36,362 bases of DNA from a virus. Its lineage: Duplodnaviria > Caudoviricetes. The translations under genes and the position numbers were made by a program. The notes below the pieces were generated by a model. It saw nothing but the letters and a program-made list of their open reading frames with translations. It was not told the DNA's origin and did not search any database. This document shows positions 16,816 through 26,409 of this stretch, one piece after another (the first letter of the stretch is position 1; each line of letters begins with the position of its first letter). The stretch spans positions 1 to 36,362 of IMG/VR virus record IMGVR_UViG_3300037467_002711; one strand, written 5' to 3'.

Positions 16816-17052
16816 CTAATAATATCGCCCATCATTATCGGCATGGTAATCGGTAGGCTTCTTAAGTAGTTGCCCCGATCCGTTGAAGTAGTTATCAGTA
16901 ATCTCATCATAGTAAGCAGTGATACCTCCTGGGTAACCTACCTCTGGTAGTTCCCTAATCTCGGTAATATATCTGGGTCTATCTTGGGTTTTAAGGAAGG
17001 CAAGGTAAATAGCTCTTTCCTGCCTCTGCTCTTTGGTAAATTTGTTTTGCAT
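16816..17052 (-). CDS. Hypothetical early protein (MQNKF...)
   Basis: Start reassigned to ATG 17052, just downstream of the promoter module. Confidence 0.7.
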   Translation of the reverse strand: MQNKFTKEQRQERAIYLAFLKTQDRPRYITEIRELPEVGYPGGITAYYDEITDNYFNGSGQLLKKPTDYHADNDGRYY

Positions 17053-17065
17053 ATAAATAATTTGA

Positions 17066-17120
17066 TAATGCAAATATATTACAGAAATTGCCACTAAGGT
17101 ACCATAAATATTTGGGTAAG
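17066..17120 (-). promoter_or_regulatory. Bipartite early promoter module (first of 14 copies)
   Basis: Minus strand TTACCCAAA...TATATTTGCATTA. Plus-strand TGCAA cores of the other copies lie at 17596, 19861, 20268, 21086, 22083, 22943, 23606, 24908, 26274, 28540, 29742, 31674 and 33572. Confidence 0.8.
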
Positions 17121-17198
17121 GCCAGCTTAGGCCCATCTACGCTCTTCTGGTACCGGTACAAAGAAGGGCACCCAATGTAAGGTGCCCAGCTCAGTGTA

Positions 17199-17582
17199 TT
17201 AGGAAAGGTAATCCGTAATGGCAACGGAAAAGGTAACCTTGTCAGAGGCATGATGGGTGTCAAATTCATAGGTATATGAGCAGGCATCATTGTCGGTATA
17301 CTCAGTGTATGCAAGGTCAAGTACCTGCTGTAAGGCATCCAGGATTTTAAATTTGTTGGTGTCAAATAGTTCCAGCAAATCGTCATCGCAACCGCTAATG
17401 TCAAGGTATATTTGTTCAATTGCAGGGTTAGGTTCCTCGTCCCAGCCAGAGTGTAGTTTCAGGGTTTGGGTAGGGGATAATTGGTAATGGTGTACCTCAT
17501 GTTCGGATTTAAAGGTAGTGATATCCGATTTAAATGAGGCAAGGTGATTGAGGATTAAGGTAATAAGGTTGTCATTTTGCAT
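17199..17582 (-). CDS. Hypothetical acidic early protein (MQNDN...)
   Basis: Preceded by a promoter module. Confidence 0.75.
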   Translation of the reverse strand: MQNDNLITLILNHLASFKSDITTFKSEHEVHHYQLSPTQTLKLHSGWDEEPNPAIEQIYLDISGCDDDLLELFDTNKFKILDALQQVLDLAYTEYTDNDACSYTYEFDTHHASDKVTFSVAITDYLS

Positions 17583-17763
17583 ATAATATATTTAATGCAA
17601 TATAATAATTTTATTGCCACTTTTATGCCCTAAAGGTATGGGTAAGGCCCATCTGGGATTGCCTAATAGCCCTAATCCCATGCCCTATTGGGTACCCTAA
17701 ATCCCTCTAATCCGATGCCTAAATCCCTTGCCCAAGTAGGCCCTAAATGGCTGCCTAAGCCAC

Positions 17764-17792
17764 AAAAAAAGGTACCCAATTCCCGGGTACCC
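17764..17792 (-). terminator. Intrinsic terminator
   Basis: GGTACCC...GGGTACC stem plus T7 on the minus strand. Confidence 0.75.
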
Positions 17793-17813
17793 TGTAGCGT
17801 TTAGGGCTCAGTG

Positions 17814-18755
17814 TTAGGCAACGAAATCCTCAAAATCCTCACCATCAAAGGTACCCAAATCCGATGCCCTTTTACGGTGCCTATCTGCCGAGGTTTGGCC
17901 TTCTAAGGCCTCATTTTGGGTACCCAACTCAGTGTTAGTAGACAGCCCATTCTGGCCATATTCGGCACTGTTTTTAAGGCCTATTGCGGTAAGGTCCTGG
18001 GTCCTGGCATTCACGTTAGGTAAGCCCTCTGGTAGGCCCATTAGGGCTGTCTCTTTGGCTGCCAAGGCATGCCCATTTGTAATAAGAGAATCAGCCGAAT
18101 CCCTTATCACTTTAACAGCCTCATCCGGAGTGATAAAAGTATTGGACTGCTTGTTAGTATTGACTTCCAGCTGTATGAGAGGGTTAGTTGGGTTCTTCTC
18201 CAGGAATAGCTTCAGGATATCCATTATAGGCTTCTGGGCATTGGTAAGATTGGCAATCGCTTTGTTCACCTCTGAGGTAAGAAATGGGGCATATTGGTCG
18301 CCCTGTTGGGCTAACAAAATATGGGCCTGATGCCGGGCCAGGGCTTGGCTTTCAAGGCCCCAATTAAAGGCTCCAAAAATTTGCGCCCTCGCCCAGTCCT
18401 TAGTTTTCTCATTATCCATTACTTGTCCAAGCTTCATGATTTGTTTATTTGCTTGTATCATAAGTATATGTATGGGCATGTTTAGGTATGTGGACATATC
18501 CTGTATTGGTATAAGCTTATTGTTTAGTGTCATTCCATTTGCTATCCATTGGTTTATTAGCAATTGTTTGATTTGTTGTAGTTTTTCTTGTTTTTGGTGG
18601 GTATCCAATAGGGTATGGTATTGGTGTAGGGCATAGGTTAATCCTAAGGGCCTTGGGTACCTTGGATCTTTGGTAGGTATATTTTCCCTTTGATTCTTCT
18701 TAGATTTGTTTTTTGTCCTTTTACCTTTGTTGGTTGGGGATTTAGTGATAGGCAT
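17814..18755 (-). CDS. Helical protein, possible terminase small subunit or other DNA-binding protein
   Basis: 313 aa with a basic N-terminus, possible HTH (IQDMSTYLNMPIHIL), helical middle and acidic C-terminus. The function is a guess; the confidence refers to the ORF. Confidence 0.7.
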   Translation of the reverse strand: MPITKSPTNKGKRTKNKSKKNQRENIPTKDPRYPRPLGLTYALHQYHTLLDTHQKQEKLQQIKQLLINQWIANGMTLNNKLIPIQDMSTYLNMPIHILMIQANKQIMKLGQVMDNEKTKDWARAQIFGAFNWGLESQALARHQAHILLAQQGDQYAPFLTSEVNKAIANLTNAQKPIMDILKLFLEKNPTNPLIQLEVNTNKQSNTFITPDEAVKVIRDSADSLITNGHALAAKETALMGLPEGLPNVNARTQDLTAIGLKNSAEYGQNGLSTNTELGTQNEALEGQTSADRHRKRASDLGTFDGEDFEDFVA

Positions 18756-18830
18756 AGATTGGTTTATTTTAGTTATAGAAAAAGGGCAAACCTTATGGGA
18801 TGCCCGTTGGTATTGAGTTTGGGGTATGTT

Positions 18831-19220
18831 TTAGTGGTATATTAGTTCTGGGTCGATTGGTTTGTCTTTTATGGTAAGTCTGGGTTTGGGTCCCTTTCTT
18901 AGGTCAATGGTGCTTTCCCTTTTATAGGTATTTGTATTGGGTGTATAGAACTCTGTTATAATATTATTTAGTTCCTCGTTGAGGTGGTGTAGGCATGTCT
19001 TGGGTCTCCAATCCTTGGTTTGGATTATTGCCTGCTGTATTAGGTTATGGGCTTGCATGAGTAGTTCCTCTTCTGTGGGTTTTAGGGGCTCTGGCATGGG
19101 TGGTGGGGTAAATTTAGGTAAGCCCTTGGAATCGGATTTTATAACGAATAAGAAGGCAATGCAGGCACCGATAATGCCTAATGTAATAGCGATTATACCG
19201 GGGATTTGTTCTGGGTGCAT
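18831..19220 (-). CDS. Membrane-anchored hypothetical protein
   Basis: N-terminal transmembrane helix and Pro-rich linker. Confidence 0.7.
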   Translation of the reverse strand: MHPEQIPGIIAITLGIIGACIAFLFVIKSDSKGLPKFTPPPMPEPLKPTEEELLMQAHNLIQQAIIQTKDWRPKTCLHHLNEELNNIITEFYTPNTNTYKRESTIDLRKGPKPRLTIKDKPIDPELIYH

Positions 19221-19342
19221 AGTTATATATTTAATGTTAATAGTGTTGATTTTAGGTAAGTTTTGGGTATTTTTCTAGTGCATTTTATTGAAGCAATAAT
19301 GCAGCACTTGGTTGGTGCTGCATTTATTACTAGAATGGTAGC

Positions 19343-19807
19343 CTATTTCTTCTCTACATCTCCCGCCACGTCTGTTACTAAGGGAACTCCGGGCGTGTAA
19401 GTTGACTTAACGAATTGCTGCATATCTTTCTCAAGCTCCTTTCTCCGCTTTACATCCTCATCGTTGCGCTTGGCAGAGAGGTCCTTGATGGCAGAATCGA
19501 ATTTCCTTAAGGCTGCCCGTGCCCTTCTGCGGTATGCCTTTCTTTCCTCTACAGTTTTAACATCATCCGGGTAGATGTATTTGCCGGCTCTTCCGGTATT
19601 ATTGGTATGGCGACCGTCGTGGGCAGGGTCTACCATTGCACCTCTGCCACCTGCTGCCAGGTTTGCCTTATCCAGGGCTTTGGCAGCTGCGGTATTGGCT
19701 CCGGCAGTTGTGGTGCCTTTGTTACCATTTGCAGTTGCGGTTGTAGATTTTGCAGCTGCTGTCTTTTGATTGCGGGTGGCATTGTTGCCTTTTGTTTTCT
19801 GTTTCAT
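19343..19807 (-). CDS. Basic Ala/Lys-rich protein, YxYP-motif family member 2
   Basis: KYIYPDDVKTVEERKAYRRRARAALRKF; has its own promoter module and a downstream hairpin (about 19301-19327). Confidence 0.8.
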   Translation of the reverse strand: MKQKTKGNNATRNQKTAAAKSTTATANGNKGTTTAGANTAAAKALDKANLAAGGRGAMVDPAHDGRHTNNTGRAGKYIYPDDVKTVEERKAYRRRARAALRKFDSAIKDLSAKRNDEDVKRRKELEKDMQQFVKSTYTPGVPLVTDVAGDVEKK

Positions 19808-19926
19808 GGTCTTAAGTGTTTGGGTTTGTTTTAAAATTGGTTGACTAAATATTTATATAATGCAATTTAATTAATTTGGTACCGTTGAGCAAACTTTTCT
19901 TTTGGGCTCAATTGTTCTGGCCTCCA

Positions 19927-20253
19927 TTAGGGTTTAAGGTATTCTTCATAGGTAAAGGCAAAGGTTTCCAGGTCGTCTTCGGTGTAGGTATAGGATTCGG
20001 GATCATCCCTTAGTTCATCCCTAAGGGTTGTGATGGTGGCACCCATTAGCAAATCAGCCAAGATAGCCTCCTCGATTGGGTTAGCTGGTTTTATTTGTTT
20101 GAGCTTATTTCCTTCTAGGTACTTCTCTGCCTTTTCTTGGGTACCACCCAACTCAATTACCCTTTTGATATACTCATCCCGATTAACGGATTTATTACCC
20201 TTTGATAATTCCCTCCAGGCTTGGTGCACTGGGTTTTGTTTGAGATTTTGCAT
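19927..20253 (-). CDS. Hypothetical early protein (MQNLK...)
   Basis: Promoter module upstream. Confidence 0.75.
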   Translation of the reverse strand: MQNLKQNPVHQAWRELSKGNKSVNRDEYIKRVIELGGTQEKAEKYLEGNKLKQIKPANPIEEAILADLLMGATITTLRDELRDDPESYTYTEDDLETFAFTYEEYLKP

Positions 20254-20313
20254 AATTATTTATTTAATGCAATTTAATAATTTTCCTGCCAGAATGGGCA
20301 CCAGATATTTGGG

Positions 20314-20529
20314 CTAATATAGCAGCGATATATTATCATCCAGGCTACCTATATCCGGGAACCTTTCTGCAGGTATACCTTTATTTATAGCATCCTCTAC
20401 ACTCCAGTTACCATTACTCAATCCTTCTACCTCGTGAAAACCCTTTCCCATACATGTAAATATTGCTGGCTCATCTAGCCTATACTCGGGTATTTGGTTT
20501 AGTAATTCCTTAAGTTCTTTCCAGGTCAT
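20314..20529 (-). CDS. Hypothetical protein
   Basis: MTWKELKELL N-terminus typical of small phage proteins; TAG stop lies inside a TAGCCCA box. Confidence 0.7.
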   Translation of the reverse strand: MTWKELKELLNQIPEYRLDEPAIFTCMGKGFHEVEGLSNGNWSVEDAINKGIPAERFPDIGSLDDNISLLY

Positions 20530-20546
20530 GTTTATAAGTTTTAGGT

Positions 20547-21071
20547 TTATGAATGGTAATGTCCATAGAATCGTAGGTTAAGGGTTATCAGGTTCCAGGA
20601 TTCCTGAATCCAAGAATTATTATGGCCCAGTGCCCAGGAATCGGGCGTAGGGTTAAGGTATATGTGTTTGAACTTCGGGTCGGGGTTGCATACTCGGTCG
20701 CAGCAATTGTATTGCAGCAGGCATAATTGGATAAAGGCCTGGATTTTATTATATATTCCCCACATCTCATCTGGTGTACCTTTTACCCATTCTGCAATTA
20801 TATCCCAGGATTCTGGTTCTTCGGGGTCCCCATAGGTTTTGTATTCTATGTCATGTATTTTATAGGCTTTCATAAGAAACCTTTTATTACCTTTATAAAA
20901 GGGCTCCCAATCCCATAACATTTGCCTGGCAACCTTAGAGTCTTCGGCTCTGGGCATAAACGTATCGTATTTATAAATGATGAGTTCGGCAAATCGTTTT
21001 GTATTAGGCTCCTTATCCATCATCAATTCGATGAGGTGGAGTGCCCTGGCAGTTTTTTTGAGGTTTTGCAT
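20547..21071 (-). CDS. Hypothetical early protein (MQNLK...)
   Basis: Promoter module upstream. Confidence 0.75.
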   Translation of the reverse strand: MQNLKKTARALHLIELMMDKEPNTKRFAELIIYKYDTFMPRAEDSKVARQMLWDWEPFYKGNKRFLMKAYKIHDIEYKTYGDPEEPESWDIIAEWVKGTPDEMWGIYNKIQAFIQLCLLQYNCCDRVCNPDPKFKHIYLNPTPDSWALGHNNSWIQESWNLITLNLRFYGHYHS

Positions 21072-21147
21072 ATTATTTTATTTAATGCAATATAATAAAA
21101 TAAAAACCCCGAAGGGGTACCGGGGTTTTGGGCTGGTCATTGGGCTA

Positions 21148-21342
21148 TTAATACCAATTCCTTTCATCGGGTCCCAACTCATTATCGGTATACTCATCCC
21201 AAAGTTCCTGCCAATCTACACTTTCGGTAATATCTTCCCCATCCCTAATCACCTTACCGTTTGATACATATACTACCCCTTCGCAGGATAATGATATTAC
21301 CTCGCAGCCATTTAATTGTTTTTGGATTTCCTCTACTGTCAT
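21148..21342 (-). CDS. Small acidic protein
   Basis: Start at 21342 or 21360. Confidence 0.6.
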   Translation of the reverse strand: MTVEEIQKQLNGCEVISLSCEGVVYVSNGKVIRDGEDITESVDWQELWDEYTDNELGPDERNWY

Positions 21343-21352
21343 GGTATTTGTT

Positions 21353-21676
21353 TTAGTCATTGATAAATTCAAGGTCACTAGGTAATGCTGGTTTACCAAA
21401 ATCATCCCTATCCCTATATACCCTATACCCTTCCATGTTATTGACGTATTCCCCCTTTTCGTTGTAACCCCACATTTTTTGCCTGCACCCGATGTAAAAT
21501 ATCCCTTGCTGTGCTGGAAACTCAGGATTTTTAAACCTAACCTTTTTACCTATTTTGTCATCCTCGGGTAGGGATAACCCAACATGGTTTACTACCTTAT
21601 TACCTAAATCTTGGGTATCTTTACCAGTAACGACCCCCAGCTTAACTCCGGGATATTTTTTAATGTTCTTTTTCAT
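21353..21676 (-). CDS. Hypothetical protein
   Basis: Start reassigned to MKKNIKK. Confidence 0.65.
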   Translation of the reverse strand: MKKNIKKYPGVKLGVVTGKDTQDLGNKVVNHVGLSLPEDDKIGKKVRFKNPEFPAQQGIFYIGCRQKMWGYNEKGEYVNNMEGYRVYRDRDDFGKPALPSDLEFIND

Positions 21677-21699
21677 GGTATATGTTTTAAAGTTATGGT

Positions 21700-22068
21700 T
21701 TATCCCCAAGTATGGACTGCAATCATATCCCATATCTTAGGGTACTTCTGCTTAATATCTTTATAAAATATCTCACAATGCCTGCAATCCCCGGGTAGGG
21801 TATAATAACTCCAGCTTATCATTAAATACCTATAAACTATACATACTCTCATATAATCCGTAATACCTTCTACAGGTACCATACCATTCCTACCCTTCCA
21901 TTCGTACCATACCTTTTTCTCATGGTCTTTCCTTAATTTATCAATTTCCTGCCTAACTCCGGTAAATTCCTCTTCAACATCAAGTTCCAGGTTATTTACT
22001 GTGCCCAGGAAAAATTCCTCATCAGCCTTTAGCTGGGGGTTTGTGATTAATGGTTGGAGATTTTGCAT
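21700..22068 (-). CDS. Hypothetical early protein (MQNLQ...)
   Basis: Promoter module upstream. Confidence 0.75.
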   Translation of the reverse strand: MQNLQPLITNPQLKADEEFFLGTVNNLELDVEEEFTGVRQEIDKLRKDHEKKVWYEWKGRNGMVPVEGITDYMRVCIVYRYLMISWSYYTLPGDCRHCEIFYKDIKQKYPKIWDMIAVHTWG

Positions 22069-22130
22069 AAATAATTATTTAATGCAAATATATTGCATAT
22101 AAAACCCTGTGGGTACTCATTATATTTGGG

Positions 22131-22928
22131 CTACTCATGAGAGTGGAGTCCATGGCCCCCGGCTGGGTCAATATCATCCTCATCATCTTTAAATCCATAG
22201 AATCCCCCTCTTACATCATGTATTGGTTCCCCGGGCTCTGCCTGTGCTGTATTCTTATAATTGATTTGCAAAAAGGTCCAATCATAAAACCTATACCCTT
22301 CTTTAGTTAACCATTTTGACATTATCTCATCTGTTTCCGGGGTTTGCTTATCAAACTTTCTACCCCGTACAAACTCATTTAATATCTGTAAGTATAATCC
22401 ATCCTCCCCGGGAATACCTTCATCTTCCGGGTAAACATCTTTGAAGTCACCCGATGCGTAATACAGTAGAGTAAGCTGAACCCCAATATGTTGGTGTGCG
22501 GGATTATCGTAGTCAAAAGCCTTGAATTCGTATTCCTCTTGGGGTGGGGGTTCCGTGATGGTTAAGGGCTTTAGTCTTTCAGTTATGTTTAGGGATTTTT
22601 CCCATGAGGTTAGATAACCTTTTAAATCCCAAGGTAATTTGTTCTTAAAATTAGCTCTGGTAAAGTCATGCTCCATGTCTATGTAAGTGTCATTGTCCTC
22701 ACCATATGGTTTAAGGTTATTGATTTCAAGTTCACAGGTTAATTCATATTCCGGGTTACCAAAGGTCCCAAATACAAATACCAGGTTGCTCTCATAGCCC
22801 TTAAGCTGTATCTCCAGATGAGATTCAAACTTATCAATCCCCCTATTTTTTGCTCGACTTAATTGAAGCTCAACAAAATTAACTATCCTATCAACGTAGG
22901 GTTTAAAGTCAAATGGTTGTGTATTCAT
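22131..22928 (-). CDS. Hypothetical acidic protein
   Basis: Start reassigned to MNTQPF after the promoter module; TAG stop lies inside a TAGCCCA box. Confidence 0.75.
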   Translation of the reverse strand: MNTQPFDFKPYVDRIVNFVELQLSRAKNRGIDKFESHLEIQLKGYESNLVFVFGTFGNPEYELTCELEINNLKPYGEDNDTYIDMEHDFTRANFKNKLPWDLKGYLTSWEKSLNITERLKPLTITEPPPQEEYEFKAFDYDNPAHQHIGVQLTLLYYASGDFKDVYPEDEGIPGEDGLYLQILNEFVRGRKFDKQTPETDEIMSKWLTKEGYRFYDWTFLQINYKNTAQAEPGEPIHDVRGGFYGFKDDEDDIDPAGGHGLHSHE

Positions 22929-23016
22929 ATTAATATTATTTATGCAAATATAAAATCCCTTAAACCAAAAAGGCAACCTAAATAATTAGGCTGCCCCCTG
23001 GTATTTGTTTTAAGGT

Positions 23017-23589
23017 TTAGTCAATGTTTTTGAGGAAATCCCATTCGTCCACTAATTCCGCCTCGTGCAGGGCATAAGCTACTTTCTTCAACTTAGTAAG
23101 GGTTTCTTTAGTGTCAAAGCCCATGAGATTACTATAGGCAATGTACATGTATACAAAGTTGGGGTAATAGTCAAAGAAGTCGTCATCGCCACTCACTTCG
23201 GTTGCAGCCTTGATTACTTCCCGGGACCAATTCAGGTGTAGATATCTACCAGGGCTGAAGGGGTCCTTGGGATCACCCACGGGTAAACGGATTTCCACAA
23301 TGTTGGAGTGTATAAGGTTATCTAGGTGGTCATCGGTTAAGTAGGTATTATATTTGTCATTATTAATTAACCCTTTGACTATCTGGGTCTGCATATCCTC
23401 AACATCCTCAAATCCCCCAGCCTCTTCTAATAATTCTTCTATATCCGAACTATCGTAGATGTACCGGGTCGATATAACCGACTTTAGGTGTCCGGGTATG
23501 GGGATTTCGTATTCCTTTTGCATGTCCTCAATTAAAAGGTAGATTGAGTTTCCCCATTGTTTTGGGGCATAGCTAGTTTTATTTTCCAT
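23017..23589 (-). CDS. Hypothetical acidic protein
   Basis: Start reassigned to MENKTSY after the promoter module. Confidence 0.75.
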   Translation of the reverse strand: MENKTSYAPKQWGNSIYLLIEDMQKEYEIPIPGHLKSVISTRYIYDSSDIEELLEEAGGFEDVEDMQTQIVKGLINNDKYNTYLTDDHLDNLIHSNIVEIRLPVGDPKDPFSPGRYLHLNWSREVIKAATEVSGDDDFFDYYPNFVYMYIAYSNLMGFDTKETLTKLKKVAYALHEAELVDEWDFLKNID

Positions 23590-23797
23590 ATAATTAATAT
23601 ATTTATGCAAATTTATTGCATTAAATACTAGAAGACTACCCTTATTAATTGGGCTATTTGCCCTTATGCTTACTTGCATAGTTAAGCAACTCCAAGCATA
23701 CTACCAAGAGTAACAGAATAAATAGGGGGTGGGAATAATAGGCATCCCGTAATAAATAGGGTTACAATTAAAAGTTTCATATAGTTAAGGTTTTAAT

Positions 23798-24268
23798 TTA
23801 ATCTTTAAATCCATCATTAGGGTCACCAAGATAATCACCCTCACCTATTTCCCAATGACCCATTTGGGGATTGAATATAGCATAACCCAAATCCTTATTC
23901 CTAAATTGTATACCCACCTCGGGGTACCCATCTCCATTTATAAATGATTGGTTTATAGCTCTAACCCTTCTAAAGTCACTTTCCAGGTTATGGTATGCTA
24001 CCAGTTCATCCCCCCTTGTAGCACTTATGGTACTTATTACCAGCTTCTCTGCACAGACCCGGCAAATGGGTGCATCGGGTTTGGTTGGGGCATAGTTGTT
24101 ACCCAGTAATGCCCCATGTTCTCCACAAAATGTACCCCCACCAAACTCACCGGGTTTGGTATAGTTTTCGGGTATGTGTATAGCTTCATCAAATTTCTTG
24201 GCCCAGAACTTGTTGGGGTACTTCCTAAAGTTGGCGGCCAATTGGTCTATAACTTTGTTTATGTACAT
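23798..24268 (-). CDS. Hypothetical protein with a possible Zn site
   Basis: H...FCG...CRVC. Confidence 0.7.
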   Translation of the reverse strand: MYINKVIDQLAANFRKYPNKFWAKKFDEAIHIPENYTKPGEFGGGTFCGEHGALLGNNYAPTKPDAPICRVCAEKLVISTISATRGDELVAYHNLESDFRRVRAINQSFINGDGYPEVGIQFRNKDLGYAIFNPQMGHWEIGEGDYLGDPNDGFKD

Positions 24269-24270
24269 GG

Positions 24271-24624
24271 TTATTTTATTTTGGTTTTTGGAAATCCTAA
24301 TTTATTAGCTACCCAGAAGGCTTGCTCTACTGCCAAGCTATCGTATAAATCCTCACTATTCTCCCCAAAATATTCTTCCCAATCCCCCACCCAATAATTT
24401 ACATATTCCTGAAGAAACTCATCCGAGAATAAGTTTGGGTAGGGTAAATCCTTTTTGAGGTGCTTATAATCCTCTGGTACTTTATATAGGTACCCATCTT
24501 CATCGGTACTGTCCCCCTCAAATTCAAAAGCCTGGAGCATCTCTATATCCAAAATCAAATTATCAATTACCTGTTCTCGGGTCCACGATAGGTTGGTGGG
24601 TTGGAAATTTAATTTATAAGCCAT
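24271..24624 (-). CDS. Hypothetical acidic protein
   Basis: Tightly packed ORF. Confidence 0.7.
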   Translation of the reverse strand: MAYKLNFQPTNLSWTREQVIDNLILDIEMLQAFEFEGDSTDEDGYLYKVPEDYKHLKKDLPYPNLFSDEFLQEYVNYWVGDWEEYFGENSEDLYDSLAVEQAFWVANKLGFPKTKIK

Positions 24625-24626
24625 GG

Positions 24627-24893
24627 TTAATCCTTTATAGGGTAAAATAATATCAAATCCGTGAACTCAATTACCTCTTCTCCCTCTTCATGCTCTACCC
24701 GGATAAAACCTTTATAATATACCTTATCCCGGGTATTATAAGCAGCTCCGCCATCATACCAATTGATTTCCTTTACCATATCCCCGGGGCATATAATAAT
24801 GCCCCTTTCTGGATTGTACCCGACGTAGGTATCAATCACCACCGGGTAATTATTCATGTTTTGCAATACAGGGCCTGTTAAGTGAATGGACAT
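24627..24893 (-). CDS. Hypothetical protein
   Basis: Promoter module upstream. Confidence 0.7.
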   Translation of the reverse strand: MSIHLTGPVLQNMNNYPVVIDTYVGYNPERGIIICPGDMVKEINWYDGGAAYNTRDKVYYKGFIRVEHEEGEEVIEFTDLILFYPIKD

Positions 24894-24954
24894 ATAAAAT
24901 TATTTAATGCAATATAATAAAATAAAAACCCCTTTGGGTACCCATATTATTGGG

Positions 24955-25557
24955 CTACTTCTCGGGTTGGTCTGTTAGTCCATGTTCCCGGGCAATGTGC
25001 TCCCATACATCCATTATCCTGTCGGTTAATTTGGTACAACCGTCTAAGCTTATACCAACTCCTATGCAGGTTATTTCATTACCATGGAGTTCAAACTCTG
25101 CTGTACCCAAATCTATAACCTGGGGTGCTGTATTACTTTTGGAAAACTCTTCCTCGTCGTGGGTATATTGCCCATTTGCTAAGAAATTCTCCAGTAGCTC
25201 TGGCAATGTAGCCTCGAATTCCTTCATTACCTTGGATAAGTTGGTGGCTTTAATGGCGGGTTGTTCTTCCTGGAACTCCACTATACGGTAGGCAAAACCA
25301 TTTTCCTTGCACCAAGCCTCGGGGTCGCACAGGAGCATAATATCGGTTGCCTCAATCAAGGGTGCTACCGTGGACTGGAGTTCGTACCTCTCCTGCTCAT
25401 TAACCGTAATACTGACAATATCCCCAATGTGTAACTTTTCTATTAAACCATCGGAGGCATCTGCAATAAATACCCAGGGCGTGGATGTTATACCCTTTAC
25501 CTCTTCAATTTTGTTGGCTATAAAATTAGCTTTGTCGTAGATAAGTAAACTTCTCAT
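24955..25557 (-). CDS. Hypothetical acidic protein
   Basis: TAG stop lies inside a TAGCCCA box. Confidence 0.75.
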   Translation of the reverse strand: MRSLLIYDKANFIANKIEEVKGITSTPWVFIADASDGLIEKLHIGDIVSITVNEQERYELQSTVAPLIEATDIMLLCDPEAWCKENGFAYRIVEFQEEQPAIKATNLSKVMKEFEATLPELLENFLANGQYTHDEEEFSKSNTAPQVIDLGTAEFELHGNEITCIGVGISLDGCTKLTDRIMDVWEHIAREHGLTDQPEK

Positions 25558-25558
25558 G

Positions 25559-25807
25559 TTATTTGGTTTTGAATTTTGAATTGTTGTACCATGTTAAAAA
25601 TACTTGCTGTATCTTGGTTAGGTCTCCTTCTATGAAGGGAACCAAATCCTCTTGGGAATAAGATACGCTAATTAGGAACTCAATTATAATAGGCTCATAT
25701 CCTCCCCTAAATTCCATTATACCGTTGTCCTTCATAAATTGCCTTCCCCAATCTCCGGAGATGGCAGCATAGATATTGTCCTCTAAAGCTTGCTTTATGT
25801 AGCTCAT
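25559..25807 (-). CDS. Hypothetical protein
   Basis: Tightly packed ORF. Confidence 0.7.
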   Translation of the reverse strand: MSYIKQALEDNIYAAISGDWGRQFMKDNGIMEFRGGYEPIIIEFLISVSYSQEDLVPFIEGDLTKIQQVFLTWYNNSKFKTK

Positions 25808-25820
25808 ATATCGCTTAGGT

Positions 25821-26255
25821 TTATTTATTTAGTTTATCAAGTCGGTCCCACCTTTGTTTGACTTTATTTACCCAGTCAGTAAAGGGTTGGGTATTATCTT
25901 TATAGGGTTTAACCATTAGCACCTGTTCATCTGTATCCCAATACCAATGCTCTACCTCATCCTCTTCTAGATTGTCCTCGATTATTTCCGGTAAATAGGC
26001 ATAATCACAAAATATTTCATAGGCACATTTCCAGTTCCCCCCAAATATCTCCCCAGGCTCATATAAATAATCCAGCCCGCCTTCGAATATTTGATTGGGT
26101 CCTGCAGCAAATACCCTTTCATCTGCTGTGGTTACTTCCAACTCATCCATCATGCCGTCTATGGATTGGGCATGTTTTAATAATTGGGATTGGGTATCTC
26201 GGGATAATCGATCCTTCCAATCGCAACTCTCAATTAAAATCTCAATTAAAGGCAT
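25821..26255 (-). CDS. Hypothetical acidic protein
   Basis: Promoter module upstream. Confidence 0.75.
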   Translation of the reverse strand: MPLIEILIESCDWKDRLSRDTQSQLLKHAQSIDGMMDELEVTTADERVFAAGPNQIFEGGLDYLYEPGEIFGGNWKCAYEIFCDYAYLPEIIEDNLEEDEVEHWYWDTDEQVLMVKPYKDNTQPFTDWVNKVKQRWDRLDKLNK

Positions 26256-26341
26256 GGCAATTAAATTTTATAATGCAATATATTATATTTAGAACCCTTA
26301 ATTAACTTAGGGTTTTGGGCTACTCCTTTGGCTATAGAAAC

Positions 26342-26380
26342 AAAAGGACCCCATCCAAAAGGATAGGGTCGTTTATACCC
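26342..26380 (-). terminator. Intrinsic terminator
   Basis: Minus strand GACCCTATCC-tttt-GGATGGGGTC followed by CTTTT. Confidence 0.75.
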
Positions 26381-26409
26381 GGCAGACATCGCACGGGGTC
26401 TGAGCCTAT

